DNA of 64,000 nt from Candidatus Kuenenia stuttgartensis (GTDB taxonomy: Bacteria > Planctomycetota > Planctomycetia > Pirellulales > UBA1268). Position numbers and translations under genes: made by a program. The notes below the pieces were generated by a model. That model did no database searches and was not told the origin of the DNA. It saw only the letters and a list, made by a program, of their open reading frames with translations. Positions 38,747-49,007 of the stretch are shown one piece after another; position 1 is the first letter of the stretch, and every line of letters starts with the position of its first letter. The stretch is from the NCBI GenBank assembly GCA_945897435.1, contig CAMDFJ010000004.1, positions 10,316 to 74,315 on the forward strand. Direction: 5' to 3'.

Positions 38747-40970
38747 TGCTCATCGCCGCGGCGGCGAGCATCGGGCTCGTGACATGGCCGACGAGCGGAT
38801 AGAGCAGGCCGGCAGCCAGCGGAATCGCGAGCAGGTTGTAGGCGAAGGCCAGCACCAGATTCTGGCGAACGTTCCGCATCGTGGCCCGGGCCAGGTCGAT
38901 GGCGCGGGGCAGGCCGGCCAGCCCGCCGGAGAGCAGCGTGACATCGGCCGTTTCGAGGGCCACGTCGGAGCCGGAGCCCATCGCGATACCGACGTCGGCC
39001 GCGGCCAGTGCGGGGGCGTCGTTGACGCCATCCCCCACGAAGACCACGGCTGCCCCTGACCGGGCCGCCTGCCGCAGTGCGGCGACGCGGTGCGATTTCT
39101 GTTCGGGCGAGAGCCCACCGCTGGCCCGGTCGATCCCGACGCCGGCGGCGATTCTCCCTGCGGCCGCCTGGGTATCGCCCGAGAGCATCTCGACTGCGAT
39201 CCCGCGGCGGCCGAGTTCCGCGATCACCGCCGCTGCCTCCGGCCGCGGCGGGTCGGCGATCGCGAAGCAGCCGGCATAGCGGCCGTCGACGGCGACGAGG
39301 ATCAGCGTCGCCGTATCGGCAGAGCGGATGCCCGCCGCGGGGTCTGAGGGTGTGGTGATGCCCCTCGATTCAAGCAGCGGTCGACTGCCGATGAGCACCT
39401 GCCTCTCCAGCACCCGACCCTCGATGCCCCGGCCGACGATCGCCTGGACCAGTTCCGCCCGGGCGGGCTCGATACCCGCCTGTTCGACGGCGGCGGTAAA
39501 AGCCTTGGCCAGTGGATGCTCGCTTGCGGCCTCGAGGCTCGCCGCATGAAAGAGCAGCGACCGAAGTGGCTCGGCTGCCAGCCTTTCCGAGCCTGCGGCC
39601 AGATCCTCGTCCGTCCAGCTTCCCGCCTCGGGGCCGGCCGTCACCGCAGCCACGATTCTCGGCCGTCCCTGTGTGATCGTGCCGGTCTTGTCAACGACGA
39701 CCGTCGCCGCCGTCGCCAGTTTTTCCATGGCTTCGGCCGAGCGGACAAGAATCCCCTCCCGCGCTCCACGGCCGATCGCAACCGTCATTGCCAGAGGCGT
39801 CGCCAGTCCGAGCGCGCAGGGACAGGCGATCACAAGCACGCTCACGGCCGAGAGCAGCCCGAGTGCCATCCGCGGCTGCGGCCCGATCATCGACCAGACG
39901 AGGAATGTGAGCAGTGCGACAACCAGCACCGCCGGCACGAAGAAGGCGGAGATCCGGTCGGCGAGCTGCTCGATCGGGGCCCGCTTTTCCTGGGCCTCGC
40001 TGACAAGTCTGGCGATCCGGGCGACGAGCGAGTCGTGGGCGACGGCGGTCGCTTCGATGACGATCGCCCCGGAGCCGTTGATGGCACCGCCGAGCACGCG
40101 GTCGCCGACGCCGCGTTCGACCGGCATCGGCTCGCCAGTGAGCAGCGACTCGTCGCAGCTCGTCGTTCCCTCGCGGATGACGCCGTCGGTCGGGATTCGG
40201 CCGCCGGGCCGGACGCGGAGCAGATCTCCCCTGAGCACGGTCGCCAGCGGCACGACTTCGCCCGACGGCTCCCGTTCGGCCGTCGGCGGCGAGAGGTCCA
40301 TGAGGGCGCGGATGGCGACCGTCGTGCCGCGGCGGGCCCGGGTTTCGAGCAGCTGTCCGATCAGCACCAGCACGACGATCATTCCGGCCGACTCGAAGAA
40401 GGTTTCCAGGCTGCCGTCGGGGCGGCGAAACGCATCCGGAAAGATGCCGGGCGCAATGGTCGCGACCGTGCTCGCGGACCAGGCCACGAGCACTCCCAAC
40501 GCGATCAGGGAAAACATCGTCGGTCGCAGGGCCCGCAGGCCGGCGAGCCCGGCGTTGAGGATCTGCCAGCCTCCCCAGAAGACGATCGGGGTGGCGAGGA
40601 CGAACTGCAGCCAGTTGCCAGCCTGACCGCCGAGCCAGCCGAGCGTGCCATGCCCTCCCGTCGGCGCTTCCATCTGCATGCCGGCGTGGCCGAACATTCC
40701 CAGCATCGCCACCACCATCAGGATTGCCGCCAGCGCCGAACAGACGACGAGCCGCAGCCGTTCTCCCCGCTGCCCTTCATGCGCCGCGGCAGGCGCGATG
40801 CCGATCGGCTCCAGTGGCATGCCGCAGATCGGGCAGGCGCCAGGCGAGCCGCTTGTAACCTGCGGATGCATCGGGCAGCGATAGCCCAACTCGCCTGCCC
40901 CGGCTTTTGCGCAGCAGGGTTTTGGCGGTCCTGCGGCAGGCGTCGGCTGGATGACGTCGAGCGGCAACAT
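38700..40970 (-). CDS. copA: Heavy-metal P1B-type ATPase, Cu(I)/Ag(I) signature
   Basis: '[10 protein letters not shown]', 'DKTGTIT', '[10 protein letters not shown]', plus TM7 'YNLLAIP' (YNx4P) and TM8 'MSISS' (MxxSS), which are typical of P1B-1. The N-terminus carries 'CPMHPQV...[10 protein letters not shown]' instead of a classical MxCxxC HMA domain. Confidence 0.9.
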   Translation of the reverse strand: MLPLDVIQPTPAAGPPKPCCAKAGAGELGYRCPMHPQVTSGSPGACPICGMPLEPIGIAPAAAHEGQRGERLRLVVCSALAAILMVVAMLGMFGHAGMQMEAPTGGHGTLGWLGGQAGNWLQFVLATPIVFWGGWQILNAGLAGLRALRPTMFSLIALGVLVAWSASTVATIAPGIFPDAFRRPDGSLETFFESAGMIVVLVLIGQLLETRARRGTTVAIRALMDLSPPTAEREPSGEVVPLATVLRGDLLRVRPGGRIPTDGVIREGTTSCDESLLTGEPMPVERGVGDRVLGGAINGSGAIVIEATAVAHDSLVARIARLVSEAQEKRAPIEQLADRISAFFVPAVLVVALLTFLVWSMIGPQPRMALGLLSAVSVLVIACPCALGLATPLAMTVAIGRGAREGILVRSAEAMEKLATAATVVVDKTGTITQGRPRIVAAVTAGPEAGSWTDEDLAAGSERLAAEPLRSLLFHAASLEAASEHPLAKAFTAAVEQAGIEPARAELVQAIVGRGIEGRVLERQVLIGSRPLLESRGITTPSDPAAGIRSADTATLILVAVDGRYAGCFAIADPPRPEAAAVIAELGRRGIAVEMLSGDTQAAAGRIAAGVGIDRASGGLSPEQKSHRVAALRQAARSGAAVVFVGDGVNDAPALAAADVGIAMGSGSDVALETADVTLLSGGLAGLPRAIDLARATMRNVRQNLVLAFAYNLLAIPLAAGLLYPLVGHVTSPMLAAAAMSISSLSVIANSLRLRR

Positions 40971-40979
40971 GGCGAGTGT

Positions 40980-42080
40980 TTACCTGTCCGGAAGGGGAGC
41001 GTTCGGAAGGAGGCAGAGTGTGGTAAGCCTCGCGAGTTGCGTTGCGGCGCCGCCGGAATCGATCGCGATTTCGGCAAGCCGGCGGGCCGCACGAGGATCC
41101 GGCCCGCGGCCCGCGGCCCAGAGAACCGCAGCGGCGTTGAGCACCACGATCTCACGCCGCGGCCCCGGCGTTCCCGAGAGCACATCCCGAATCGCAGCGG
41201 CGCTCTCCGCCGGGCCGGCAACCAGCAGATTCTCCATCAGGGCGGCGGGCCGCGTCGCGAGTCCGAAGTCCTCGGGTGTCCAGCGAAAACGCGACGTTCC
41301 CGTCGCCGTCACGTCGATCACATCGGTCGGGCCGAACAGGCTCAGTTCATCGAAGCAGCGGCCCTCGTCGCCGGCAATTCCGCCCGAAACAACAAGCACG
41401 CGTCTCGCCCCGAGCATCGAGGCGGCCTCCGCCATCGACTCGCGAACCGCCGGCCTGCCGACGCCGATCACCTGGACGTTGGCCCCGGCCGGATTGCAGA
41501 GCGGACCGACAAGATTGAACACGGTCGGCCGGCCGAGCGATCTTCTGAGCGGGCCGACGACGGCCATTGCGGGATGATGGTTGGCCGCCAGGCAGAAGCA
41601 GAGTCCGATCTCGCGGAGCGTCCTGGACGCTGTTTCCGCGGGTCCGTCGATCCTCACACCGAGCGACTCGAGCACGTCGCCGGAACCGGTGCGGCTCGAG
41701 ACGGCACGGTTGCCATGCTTGGCGACCGGCAGGCCGGCAGCGGACGCCACGATCGCCGCAGCCGTGGAGATGTTGAACGTTCCGGAGCCGTCACCGCCGG
41801 TGCCGCAGGTGTCGGCGACGACCTCCGGCCCGCCGGAGACCGGCAGCATCCGTCCACGCAGTGCGGCGGCCACGCCGGCGATCTCCGCGGACGATTCGCC
41901 GAGATCGGCCAGTGCCAGAAGCCATGCCCCGAACTGGTCGAGATCGACCTGCCCATGGAGCACGGCATCGACCAGCTGCGTCGTTTCCAGACGGGAGCCG
42001 CGGATACCAGCCCGTATCCGGGCCGTCGCCCCGGCGACGTCAGGCGTGTCCTCCCGTCGACTCCAAGAAACGTCGTTCAT
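40980..42080 (-). CDS. trpD: Anthranilate phosphoribosyltransferase
   Basis: 'DTCGTGGDGSGTFNISTAAAIVASAAGLPVAKHGNRAVSSRTGSGDVLE'. Start at ATG 42080 ('MNDVSW'). The upstream 270 aa of the ORF are antisense to the neighbouring gene. Confidence 0.9.
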   Translation of the reverse strand: MNDVSWSRREDTPDVAGATARIRAGIRGSRLETTQLVDAVLHGQVDLDQFGAWLLALADLGESSAEIAGVAAALRGRMLPVSGGPEVVADTCGTGGDGSGTFNISTAAAIVASAAGLPVAKHGNRAVSSRTGSGDVLESLGVRIDGPAETASRTLREIGLCFCLAANHHPAMAVVGPLRRSLGRPTVFNLVGPLCNPAGANVQVIGVGRPAVRESMAEAASMLGARRVLVVSGGIAGDEGRCFDELSLFGPTDVIDVTATGTSRFRWTPEDFGLATRPAALMENLLVAGPAESAAAIRDVLSGTPGPRREIVVLNAAAVLWAAGRGPDPRAARRLAEIAIDSGGAATQLARLTTLCLLPNAPLPDR

Positions 42081-42182
42081 GGCCAATTCCCAAGCCTGGA
42101 GAAAAAGTTTCGGATACCATTCCAGCCTACACGCTGAGCGTCGTACAGGACGTCGGCAGGAGCAACGGTCCGGAGCGATCCA

Positions 42183-43121
42183 GTGCCTCGCAAGATCATT
42201 CTCGACATCGATCCCGGAATCGACGATGCCGTCGCCCTGGCGATCGCTCTTTTTGATCCCCGGCTGGAGGTCGTGGCAGTCACCGCGACCGGAGGCAATG
42301 TCCCCCCCGACCAGGCGACGGCCAACCTCCAGGCCCTGGTGGGCTTTCTCGATCCACCGAGACTGCCGCGACTCGGGGTGGCGCCGTCCGACACGGCGCT
42401 CCAGGAAAAACCGTTCAACATGCACGGCGCGGACGGTCTCGGGGGCATCGACCTGCCGCGGGCGCAGCTTCACGGCGGTCACCTCTCGGAGAAGGTCATC
42501 TGGGAGGCCTTCCATGCCCATCCGCGCGAGATCACGTTCGTGGCGCTCGGACCGCTGACCAACCTCTCTCGGGTGCTTGCCCGCGACCCGGCCATCGTGG
42601 AACTGATCGGCGAGGTCCTGATCTCCGGCGGCACGTTCGAGGGCCACGGCAACGTCACGCCGGTCGTCGACTTCAACTTCTACTGTGATCCGCGGGCGGC
42701 GAGGCACGTCATCCGCGAACCGGTCGCCAAGACGCTGGTGCCGATCGAGACGACCGGCCAGGCGGCCTTCGGGTTTGACCTTCTTGACCAGCTGCCCGAC
42801 GAGTCGTCCCGGGCGGGAGCGATCCTGCGACGGATGCTTCCCCACACATTCCGGGCCCACCGCCAACTGCTCGGCAGCGAGGGGATCAGCCTTCACGACG
42901 TGGTCGCGCTCGTGGCGGTGACCAATCCGGAACTCTTCGAGCGGACGACCGTGGCGGCCGACGTCGAGACCGGAGGCGAACTCACCTCCGGCATGCTCGT
43001 GATCGATCGGCGGACCGTCCGTCAGTGGCGGCCAAACCTCGATCTGCTCGTCGGCTGCGATGCGGCTGCCGTGAAAGACTGCGTTCTCCGCGGTCTGGCG
43101 GCCGCCGGTGATGCGACCTGA
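42183..43121 (+). CDS. Inosine/uridine-preferring nucleoside hydrolase
   Basis: N-terminal 'IILDIDPGIDDAVAL' aspartate cluster signature. GTG start. Confidence 0.88.
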   Translation: MPRKIILDIDPGIDDAVALAIALFDPRLEVVAVTATGGNVPPDQATANLQALVGFLDPPRLPRLGVAPSDTALQEKPFNMHGADGLGGIDLPRAQLHGGHLSEKVIWEAFHAHPREITFVALGPLTNLSRVLARDPAIVELIGEVLISGGTFEGHGNVTPVVDFNFYCDPRAARHVIREPVAKTLVPIETTGQAAFGFDLLDQLPDESSRAGAILRRMLPHTFRAHRQLLGSEGISLHDVVALVAVTNPELFERTTVAADVETGGELTSGMLVIDRRTVRQWRPNLDLLVGCDAAAVKDCVLRGLAAAGDAT

Positions 43122-43122
43122 C

Positions 43123-44337
43123 CTACTTTTCGAACTGCTCCCGGCTGGCGACGGGCATCTGCAGCGAGATCCTTTCGCGATTGCGAAACACGACCAGGTT
43201 CACGGTCCGGTCGGTGGTCGTGACGCTGACGAGACTGACGAGATGGTCGTCATCGTCGATAGGAGTCCCGTCGAATTCGAGGATCACGTCATCGGGGAGG
43301 ATGCCGGCCGTATTGGCAGGGGACCCCTCGGTGACGCCCGAAACCCGGGCCCCGACGGCCCGTACCATGCCGAGCCGCTGGGCGGTCCGCTGGGTGAACG
43401 TGCGATCGAGCGTGACGCCGAGGTAGGCCCGCGAGACCGCGCCATTCTCGACGAGCTGTCGGCTGACAAACATCACCATCGAGACCGGGATCGCAAAACC
43501 GATCCCCTCGCTGCCCCCGGAGTTGCTGGCGATCGCCGTGTTGAGGCCGACGACCTCGCCCCGGAGATTGACCAGCGGGCCGCCGCTGTTGCCCGGGTTG
43601 ATCGCGGCGTCGGTCTGGATGAAGTCCTGGAATCGAACCCCCTCCTCGCCGAGTTCGAGGTCCCGTCGTCCCTTCGCCGAGACGATGCCAAGCGTCACGG
43701 AGTGGGAGAGGCCGAAAGGGCTGCCGACGGCAAGTACCGTATCCCCGATCTCGACCGGGGCATGCTCGGCCAGGCGGGCGGGTTCGAGGTCGTCTCCATC
43801 GATTTCCATCACGGCGATGTCGGTGCTGGCGTCCGACCAGAGCCGGAGCGGCTTGATCTCACGACCGTCGTCGAGCCGGATGGTGATGTTGTCGAGTTCG
43901 GCCCGGTTGACCACGTGACGGTTGGTGATCACGACCGTGCGGCCGCCGACGAGCGTGATCACGCCCGATCCAGCCTCGTCCTCGTTGGCCTTGCCGTTCT
44001 TGGGGCGGAGGGCCGGCTTCTTGGTGTCGATGTGGACGACCGTCGGCCGAATCAGTTGCGTGAGCCGCCTCAGCTGGATGCTCTGCCGTTCGAGCAGTTC
44101 GGCGTCGCGCTCAACCTGACTGTAGAGTCGTTCCCGCTCTGATGCCGTCAGCCGCGTGGGTCGGACCGGATCGACCCGGCGGGATCCGGCTGCGGTCTGG
44201 CGCTCGATCGGAGTCAGCGGAACCGGCGGCTCCTCTCCCCTGGAAGCGATGCCGCCGAGGAGCATCATCGCGGGCAGCAGCGCGGTGGCAGAACGAACCA
44301 GAAATCCGCTGCAAATGCGGTCAACTGCGAACGGCAT
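43123..44337 (-). CDS. HtrA/DegP-family serine protease with PDZ domain
   Basis: 'VITNRHVV' (His), 'DIAVMEI' (Asp), 'GNSGGPLVN' (Ser), and a C-terminal PDZ ('GARVSGVTEGSPANTAGILPDDVILEFDG'). Signal/anchor after ATG 44337. Confidence 0.88.
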   Translation of the reverse strand: MPFAVDRICSGFLVRSATALLPAMMLLGGIASRGEEPPVPLTPIERQTAAGSRRVDPVRPTRLTASERERLYSQVERDAELLERQSIQLRRLTQLIRPTVVHIDTKKPALRPKNGKANEDEAGSGVITLVGGRTVVITNRHVVNRAELDNITIRLDDGREIKPLRLWSDASTDIAVMEIDGDDLEPARLAEHAPVEIGDTVLAVGSPFGLSHSVTLGIVSAKGRRDLELGEEGVRFQDFIQTDAAINPGNSGGPLVNLRGEVVGLNTAIASNSGGSEGIGFAIPVSMVMFVSRQLVENGAVSRAYLGVTLDRTFTQRTAQRLGMVRAVGARVSGVTEGSPANTAGILPDDVILEFDGTPIDDDDHLVSLVSVTTTDRTVNLVVFRNRERISLQMPVASREQFEK

Positions 44338-44406
44338 GAGGAAACACCCGGTGGGAAGGGCAGCACTTCGATCCAGCATACCCGACCCGGCAGGATTCGA
44401 TTCCTG

Positions 44407-44826
44407 TCAGGAAACGTCGATCTCGAGATCGAGAGAGTCCTCCCGCGACTCGGATGTCTCACGACCGCCGCCCATGCCGCTCCGCTCCACGTCTCGCTGG
44501 CAGGCGATGCAGACCGTGGCGTAGGGCAGTGCATTGAGCCGCGCCATCGGAATCTTGCAGCCGCAGTATTCGCAGGATCCGTACTGGCCGTTCCTCATCC
44601 GCTCGAGGGCGTTCTCGATCGAGGCGAGTTCACGACTTTCCACCTCGGCGAGCTGGGAACTGATCTCGTCCTGCGTCGAATCGAGGGCGGCGTCGATCAC
44701 ATCTCCCGGCGACTCGCTACGGAGTTCCCTGAGGAGGGAGAGATCGCCCGCAAGGGCACTGCGAAGAGCGTCGCGCCGACGCACGAGGATCGCCCGAAGA
44801 TTCAGAAGAGCTTCTTTTCTGGCCAT
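44407..44826 (-). CDS. DksA/TraR-family C4 zinc-finger protein
   Basis: Coiled-coil N-terminal half, then 'GSCEYCGCKIPMARLNALPYATVCIACQ' (CxxC-x17-CxxC). GGAGCA upstream of ATG 44826. Acidic C-terminal tail. Confidence 0.8.
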   Translation of the reverse strand: MARKEALLNLRAILVRRRDALRSALAGDLSLLRELRSESPGDVIDAALDSTQDEISSQLAEVESRELASIENALERMRNGQYGSCEYCGCKIPMARLNALPYATVCIACQRDVERSGMGGGRETSESREDSLDLEIDVS

Positions 44827-44936
44827 GGTTGGTGCTCCAGGCCCTTTGGGGAGACCCCGGAATCGGGGCCTCCGCCGGCGGGCCGCAACCAATACTACGG
44901 GTGCGGCCCGAGGATGGTTCGCGCGGTTGGAATGTT

Positions 44937-44956
44937 CGTTTTCTTTATCGAAAACG
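44937..44956. promoter_or_regulatory. AT-rich perfect palindrome upstream of the DksA-like gene
   Basis: CGTTTTC-TTTATC-GAAAACG, in the most AT-rich patch of the 232-bp intergenic region, about 110 nt upstream of ATG 44826. Confidence 0.25.
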
Positions 44957-45026
44957 CGGTCCGCACAGATCATGACAGTTGGCGGGGCCGACACAATTCG
45001 CCCAAAGTTCCCGTTTTCGGCCACGG

Positions 45027-45046
45027 CCTGCCCGGGCTCGGGCAGG
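45027..45046 (-). terminator. GC hairpin immediately downstream of the beta-propeller gene (end of operon)
   Basis: CCTGCCCG-GGCT-CGGGCAGG (8-bp perfect stem, 4-nt loop) located 13 nt after the stop at 45059-45061. No clear U-tract. Confidence 0.35.
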
Positions 45047-45058
45047 GGGGCGAATGCT

Positions 45059-46306
45059 TCAGTCCAAAGGCGGCTCGCGAAAACACCAGATCGTGCCATG
45101 CTCGGTGGCCATCACGAGCCGTCCAGCGGCCACGGCCGGCGACGAGGCGAAGCCATCCCCGGCCTCGAATTCCCAGGTCACCGATCCGTCGGCGGCGTCG
45201 AGGGAGACGATCCGACCGGCGGTGTCACCGACGATCGCCAGCAGTCTGCCGGAAGGAGTCACCACCACGACCGGCGAAGCGTCGACCCGGCCCCGCATCG
45301 GCCGCCGCCAGAGGCGGCTTCCGTCGGCCAGCGAGAAGGCCTCCACCGCCTTGCGGCGGGAGCCGACGACGGCGGCCGTGCCGGCGATCGCCGCACTCGA
45401 CCGATAGGCCATCCCGTTGGCGGCCGCTTCCGTCCGCCAGAGGACGACCCCCCGGGGCAGATCGATGGCGAAGAATACGCCTCCCTCGGTGCCGAAGAAC
45501 ACACGCCCGTCGTCTGCGGCCGGGGTCGTGCCGGTCGGGCCGTCGATCGGTACAGCGGCCTTTTCATCTCCGCTCTGGATATCGATCAGATGCAGTTTTC
45601 CGTCGCAGCCGGCAACGCATCCGAGGCCGGCTGCAATCGTCGGCGAGCAGCGAATCTGATCGGCCGTGGTGTGCTTCCATCGGAGGCTGCCGTCGGCGAG
45701 GTCGAGGCAGGCGAGCGAGGCGTCCTGCGAACCGACCAGCACACGTGCTTCGCCGCCACTGCCGACGATCGTCGGTCCACCCGAGATCTCGCCTTCGGTT
45801 CGATACTCCCAGAGGAGAGTTCCTGTCTTCGCGTCGAGCGCCCGGACCAGGCCGTCTGCATCGCCGACGACAACCCGCCGCGAATCTTCCGGGGAGATCG
45901 CGGCGGCCCCGGGGAATCCGGCGGCGGAGCGGAACGTCCATCGGGTCGCGCCCGTGTCGAGCGCGAGGGCGTGGAAGCAGCCGTCGAGGTCGCCGATGTA
46001 AATCGTGCCGTCTGCGATCACGGGTGTCGCCTCGAAGGCCGTGTCGGCGATCGTCCGCTGCCAGTGTTCGATCAGGGGGGGCGTCAGCGAGGCTGCAGAT
46101 CTGCCGCTGCCGGAGGGGGATCCACGGAACATCGGCCAGGCATCCGCGGGAGCGATCTCGGTCGCTCCGCCTGCCTGATCGGCGGCGAGCAACTGCGGGC
46201 AGACCGTCGGCCAAAAGAGGAGTGTCACGAGCAGCGTTCTGGCGGCGCGGCTGTGGCTGCCCGGCAGGCGGCCTCTCCTCACTACCGGTCTCACCACCGT
46301 GCTCAT
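45059..46306 (-). CDS. Exported PQQ-like / BamB-like beta-propeller repeat protein
   Basis: Repeated 'G..Y.G..DG.l.ALd..TG...W'-type blades ('GTIYIGDLDGCFHALALDTGATRWTF', 'DGLVRALDAKTGTLLWEY', and others). Signal 'TLLVTLLFWPTVCPQLLAADQ'. Its ATG overlaps the upstream stop (ATGA). Confidence 0.8.
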   Translation of the reverse strand: MSTVVRPVVRRGRLPGSHSRAARTLLVTLLFWPTVCPQLLAADQAGGATEIAPADAWPMFRGSPSGSGRSAASLTPPLIEHWQRTIADTAFEATPVIADGTIYIGDLDGCFHALALDTGATRWTFRSAAGFPGAAAISPEDSRRVVVGDADGLVRALDAKTGTLLWEYRTEGEISGGPTIVGSGGEARVLVGSQDASLACLDLADGSLRWKHTTADQIRCSPTIAAGLGCVAGCDGKLHLIDIQSGDEKAAVPIDGPTGTTPAADDGRVFFGTEGGVFFAIDLPRGVVLWRTEAAANGMAYRSSAAIAGTAAVVGSRRKAVEAFSLADGSRLWRRPMRGRVDASPVVVVTPSGRLLAIVGDTAGRIVSLDAADGSVTWEFEAGDGFASSPAVAAGRLVMATEHGTIWCFREPPLD

Positions 46307-47472
46307 CGGGCCGCCTCGTAGAGCAGCATCAGATCGTGGGCCGCGACCGGTCGGGGGTTGAATCCGGCGGTCCACTGGGAAGCCGCTGCGGCGGCAAGTC
46401 CGGCGACATCGACCGAACCGAGCCCAAGCTGCCCGAGCGAGGTCGCCAATCCGGCCTGTCGCAGAAGATCGCCGAGCCAAAGGCCGAGATCGCCACCGGC
46501 CGTCGGAGCTGCAGCCAGCTGGGCCTCGAGTTCTGCATATCGGTCGGGGATCCCGCCCTCGATTGCGGCATTGAACCGCACGACGTGCGGCAGCATCAGG
46601 CCGACCGCCTGCCCATGGACGACACCGTGCATCGCCGTGAGGGGGTTCGCCAGTGCATGAGCGGCGCCGAGCATGGCGTTTTCGATCGCCAATCCGGCCC
46701 AGGCCGCCCCGAGCTGCACGGCCGAGCGGGCGGCGACGTCGTCTGGTTCTGAAAATACCCGGGGCAGGTGGCTGGAGAGCAGCCGCCAGGCCTCGAGCGA
46801 GAAGATCCGCGAAGCCGGTGTGGCTGCCCGACTAACATGGCTCTCGATCGCGTGCGAGATCGCGTCGATGCCGGTCAGGGCGGCCACGCGGGCGGGCTGC
46901 GTGAGCGTGAGCGTGACGTCGAGGATCGCCGTTCGGAAGGCCGCCCGACTGTCGCCGCAGGCCATCTTGCGACCGCTCTCCGGGTCGCTGATGAGCGCGA
47001 ACGACTGCGTCTCGCTGCCGGTGCCGGCGGTGGTGGGCACAGCGATCGAGGGCAGCATCGGCCCCGTCGCCCGGCCACGGCCCTGGTAGTCGTGCATCGT
47101 TCCGCCGCAGGAGAAGAGGAAGTTGATCCCCTTTGCACAGTCCATCGAACTGCCGCCACCGAGGCCGACGATCAGGTCAGGGGCAAAGTCGCGGGCGAAC
47201 GCGGCTCCGGCATCGACATGAGTGGTGGTCGGATTTTCGCCGAACTCCGAGAAGCATTCGACCTCGAGGCCGGCCCGGGCGAGCGACTCGATGCCGATGG
47301 CGGCATGGCCGGCTGCAGCCACTCCCGGGTCGCTCACGAGCAGGGCCCGGCTGCCGCGCATTTCTCGGACCAGTTCCCGCCCCAGTTCTCCCAGTCGAAC
47401 GATCGAGCCCGCTCCGACCACGAGCCTCGTGTGCGAACAGAACTCGAAGTTTTCGCAGTCGCCGGCCATCAT
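46303..47472 (-). CDS. Iron-containing (group III) alcohol dehydrogenase
   Basis: 'LIVGLGGGSSMDCAKGI', 'VPTTAGTGSE', and His-rich metal site 'ISHAIESH...GAAHALANPL..HG..HG'. Confidence 0.9.
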   Translation of the reverse strand: MMAGDCENFEFCSHTRLVVGAGSIVRLGELGRELVREMRGSRALLVSDPGVAAAGHAAIGIESLARAGLEVECFSEFGENPTTTHVDAGAAFARDFAPDLIVGLGGGSSMDCAKGINFLFSCGGTMHDYQGRGRATGPMLPSIAVPTTAGTGSETQSFALISDPESGRKMACGDSRAAFRTAILDVTLTLTQPARVAALTGIDAISHAIESHVSRAATPASRIFSLEAWRLLSSHLPRVFSEPDDVAARSAVQLGAAWAGLAIENAMLGAAHALANPLTAMHGVVHGQAVGLMLPHVVRFNAAIEGGIPDRYAELEAQLAAAPTAGGDLGLWLGDLLRQAGLATSLGQLGLGSVDVAGLAAAAASQWTAGFNPRPVAAHDLMLLYEAAR

Positions 47473-48908
47473 CCGGCAACGCCAGCCGGAGCTTCCGCGG
47501 CCAGTTGCAGAGCCCGTGATCGGTAGAGGAAGTCGATGATGTTGCCCTCATGCGGCTGGAGCCAGTCGAGCTTCGTCGTCGGAATCGGGCCGATGTTGAG
47601 CCTGTCGATCGCCGGGGAGTCGATGAGCTCTGCCTGGAAGGTGGCGTCGTCGGTGACCGCGGTGGCGACGAGCGTCGGCCCGATCCGCTCGAGCATCCGG
47701 GCCTGCGGGCACTCGACAACGTTCACGAAGGGAAACATGTACTCGGCCCTGGCGATCTCTGGATCGGGAGTCGCACAGTGGACGACCGTCGGTCGCAGCC
47801 AGCCGCAGCGTTCCCCCTCGACGAACCGCGGGCCGTAGGCCGCCGTGGCGTGGCTGACGCCGGCCGCGGCGAGGCCGGCCTCGATCTGCTCCCAGGTGGC
47901 CTTCGCCGCCCCCGGCACCGTGAAGGCGGCGAGGCGGGCTTCAGGATCCTCCGGCGGCCTGACGTCGATGGGGCCGAGCCGCTCGGCGAGGGCCTCGGCA
48001 ATCGCCTTCGTGTGTCGGCTGGCGTAGACCGCCGAGGCGTTGATGCAGCCCCGGCCGCTGTTTGCGGCGACGCTCTCGACGATCACGTCGAGATACCGTT
48101 CCCAGTCGTCCACGCAATCATCGCCGAGGAGGATCTTCGAGAAACCGGGACCGTGGACCTGAACGTTTGGATTGCCGCGATACTGCTCGACAGTCTTGGC
48201 ACTGCCGAAGATCATGCTCCTGCGGCAGCCCGCCAGCATGGTGGCGCCGACGTCGGTGGCCCCCGGGTAGAGGCCGATCGACTCGGCCGGAATGCCCGCC
48301 TCGATGAACGCCGCCGCCATCCGATAGGGCGTCCAGGGCTCCTGGCCGCCGGGCTTGAGCAGGAGCCCGACGCCGAGTGCGATCACCGGCAGCCAGAGCG
48401 TGTGCACGCCCGGGGAATTGGAGGGAAGCACGAGCCCGAGCACCGGCGACTGTGCCTGGTAGCTGACGACGACACCACGGTGCTCGCGGCCATAGCCCCG
48501 CCAGAGGATCTCGGGCGGCAGGCCCCGCGAGAGCGCGTCGAGCATCCGATCCATGTTCGAGAGCACGAACAGATTTTTCTGCATGTTCGACCGGCAGAGC
48601 GACTCGGGCAGGCCGGTCGTGGCCGACTGCTGCTTGACGAAGTCGTCTGGAGACTGCCGCGAGTCGCCCACCTGGAGCGTGCCGTGGGCGTAGAGGTTGC
48701 CCGCGGTCTGGAGCCGCTCGACGATCTCCTCCGGATCGATCGCCAAGAGGGCGGCCCGGGCCTGCCCCGCCTTCTGGAGATCGCGGCCCAGCATCGCACC
48801 TCCGACCTGGCTGACCTCGGCGATCGGCTCGCCGGTCAGGAAGTGGACGAGGTGGGTGCGTTCGAGTGACTCATACGGCTTGCCGAATCGCCAGGCGGGA
48901 AGGTGCAT
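47469..48908 (-). CDS. Non-canonical aldehyde-dehydrogenase-superfamily protein (acylating ALDH / LuxC-like acyl-CoA reductase candidate)
   Basis: ALDH-like layout: 'LGLVLPSNSPGVHTL...LLLKPG' and catalytic-Cys region 'ANSGRGCINASAVY'. The usual ELGG(K/N) Glu box reads 'HGPGFSKILLGDD'. AGGA upstream of ATG 48908. Confidence 0.8.
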   Translation of the reverse strand: MHLPAWRFGKPYESLERTHLVHFLTGEPIAEVSQVGGAMLGRDLQKAGQARAALLAIDPEEIVERLQTAGNLYAHGTLQVGDSRQSPDDFVKQQSATTGLPESLCRSNMQKNLFVLSNMDRMLDALSRGLPPEILWRGYGREHRGVVVSYQAQSPVLGLVLPSNSPGVHTLWLPVIALGVGLLLKPGGQEPWTPYRMAAAFIEAGIPAESIGLYPGATDVGATMLAGCRRSMIFGSAKTVEQYRGNPNVQVHGPGFSKILLGDDCVDDWERYLDVIVESVAANSGRGCINASAVYASRHTKAIAEALAERLGPIDVRPPEDPEARLAAFTVPGAAKATWEQIEAGLAAAGVSHATAAYGPRFVEGERCGWLRPTVVHCATPDPEIARAEYMFPFVNVVECPQARMLERIGPTLVATAVTDDATFQAELIDSPAIDRLNIGPIPTTKLDWLQPHEGNIIDFLYRSRALQLAAEAPAGVAG

Positions 48909-49007
48909 AGACGAGGATCCTGGATTGAAACTCTTGGGATTACGACGAAGATTCTAGCAACCTGCCCAAACCGCTGGCGACGGTCGAGGCCTCGACTTCA
49001 TAGGTGG

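Noticed and set aside
39516-42137. 873-aa plus-strand ORF
   Set aside because: It is antisense to the P-type ATPase and trpD, is highly Arg/Gly/Asp-rich, and has no motifs.
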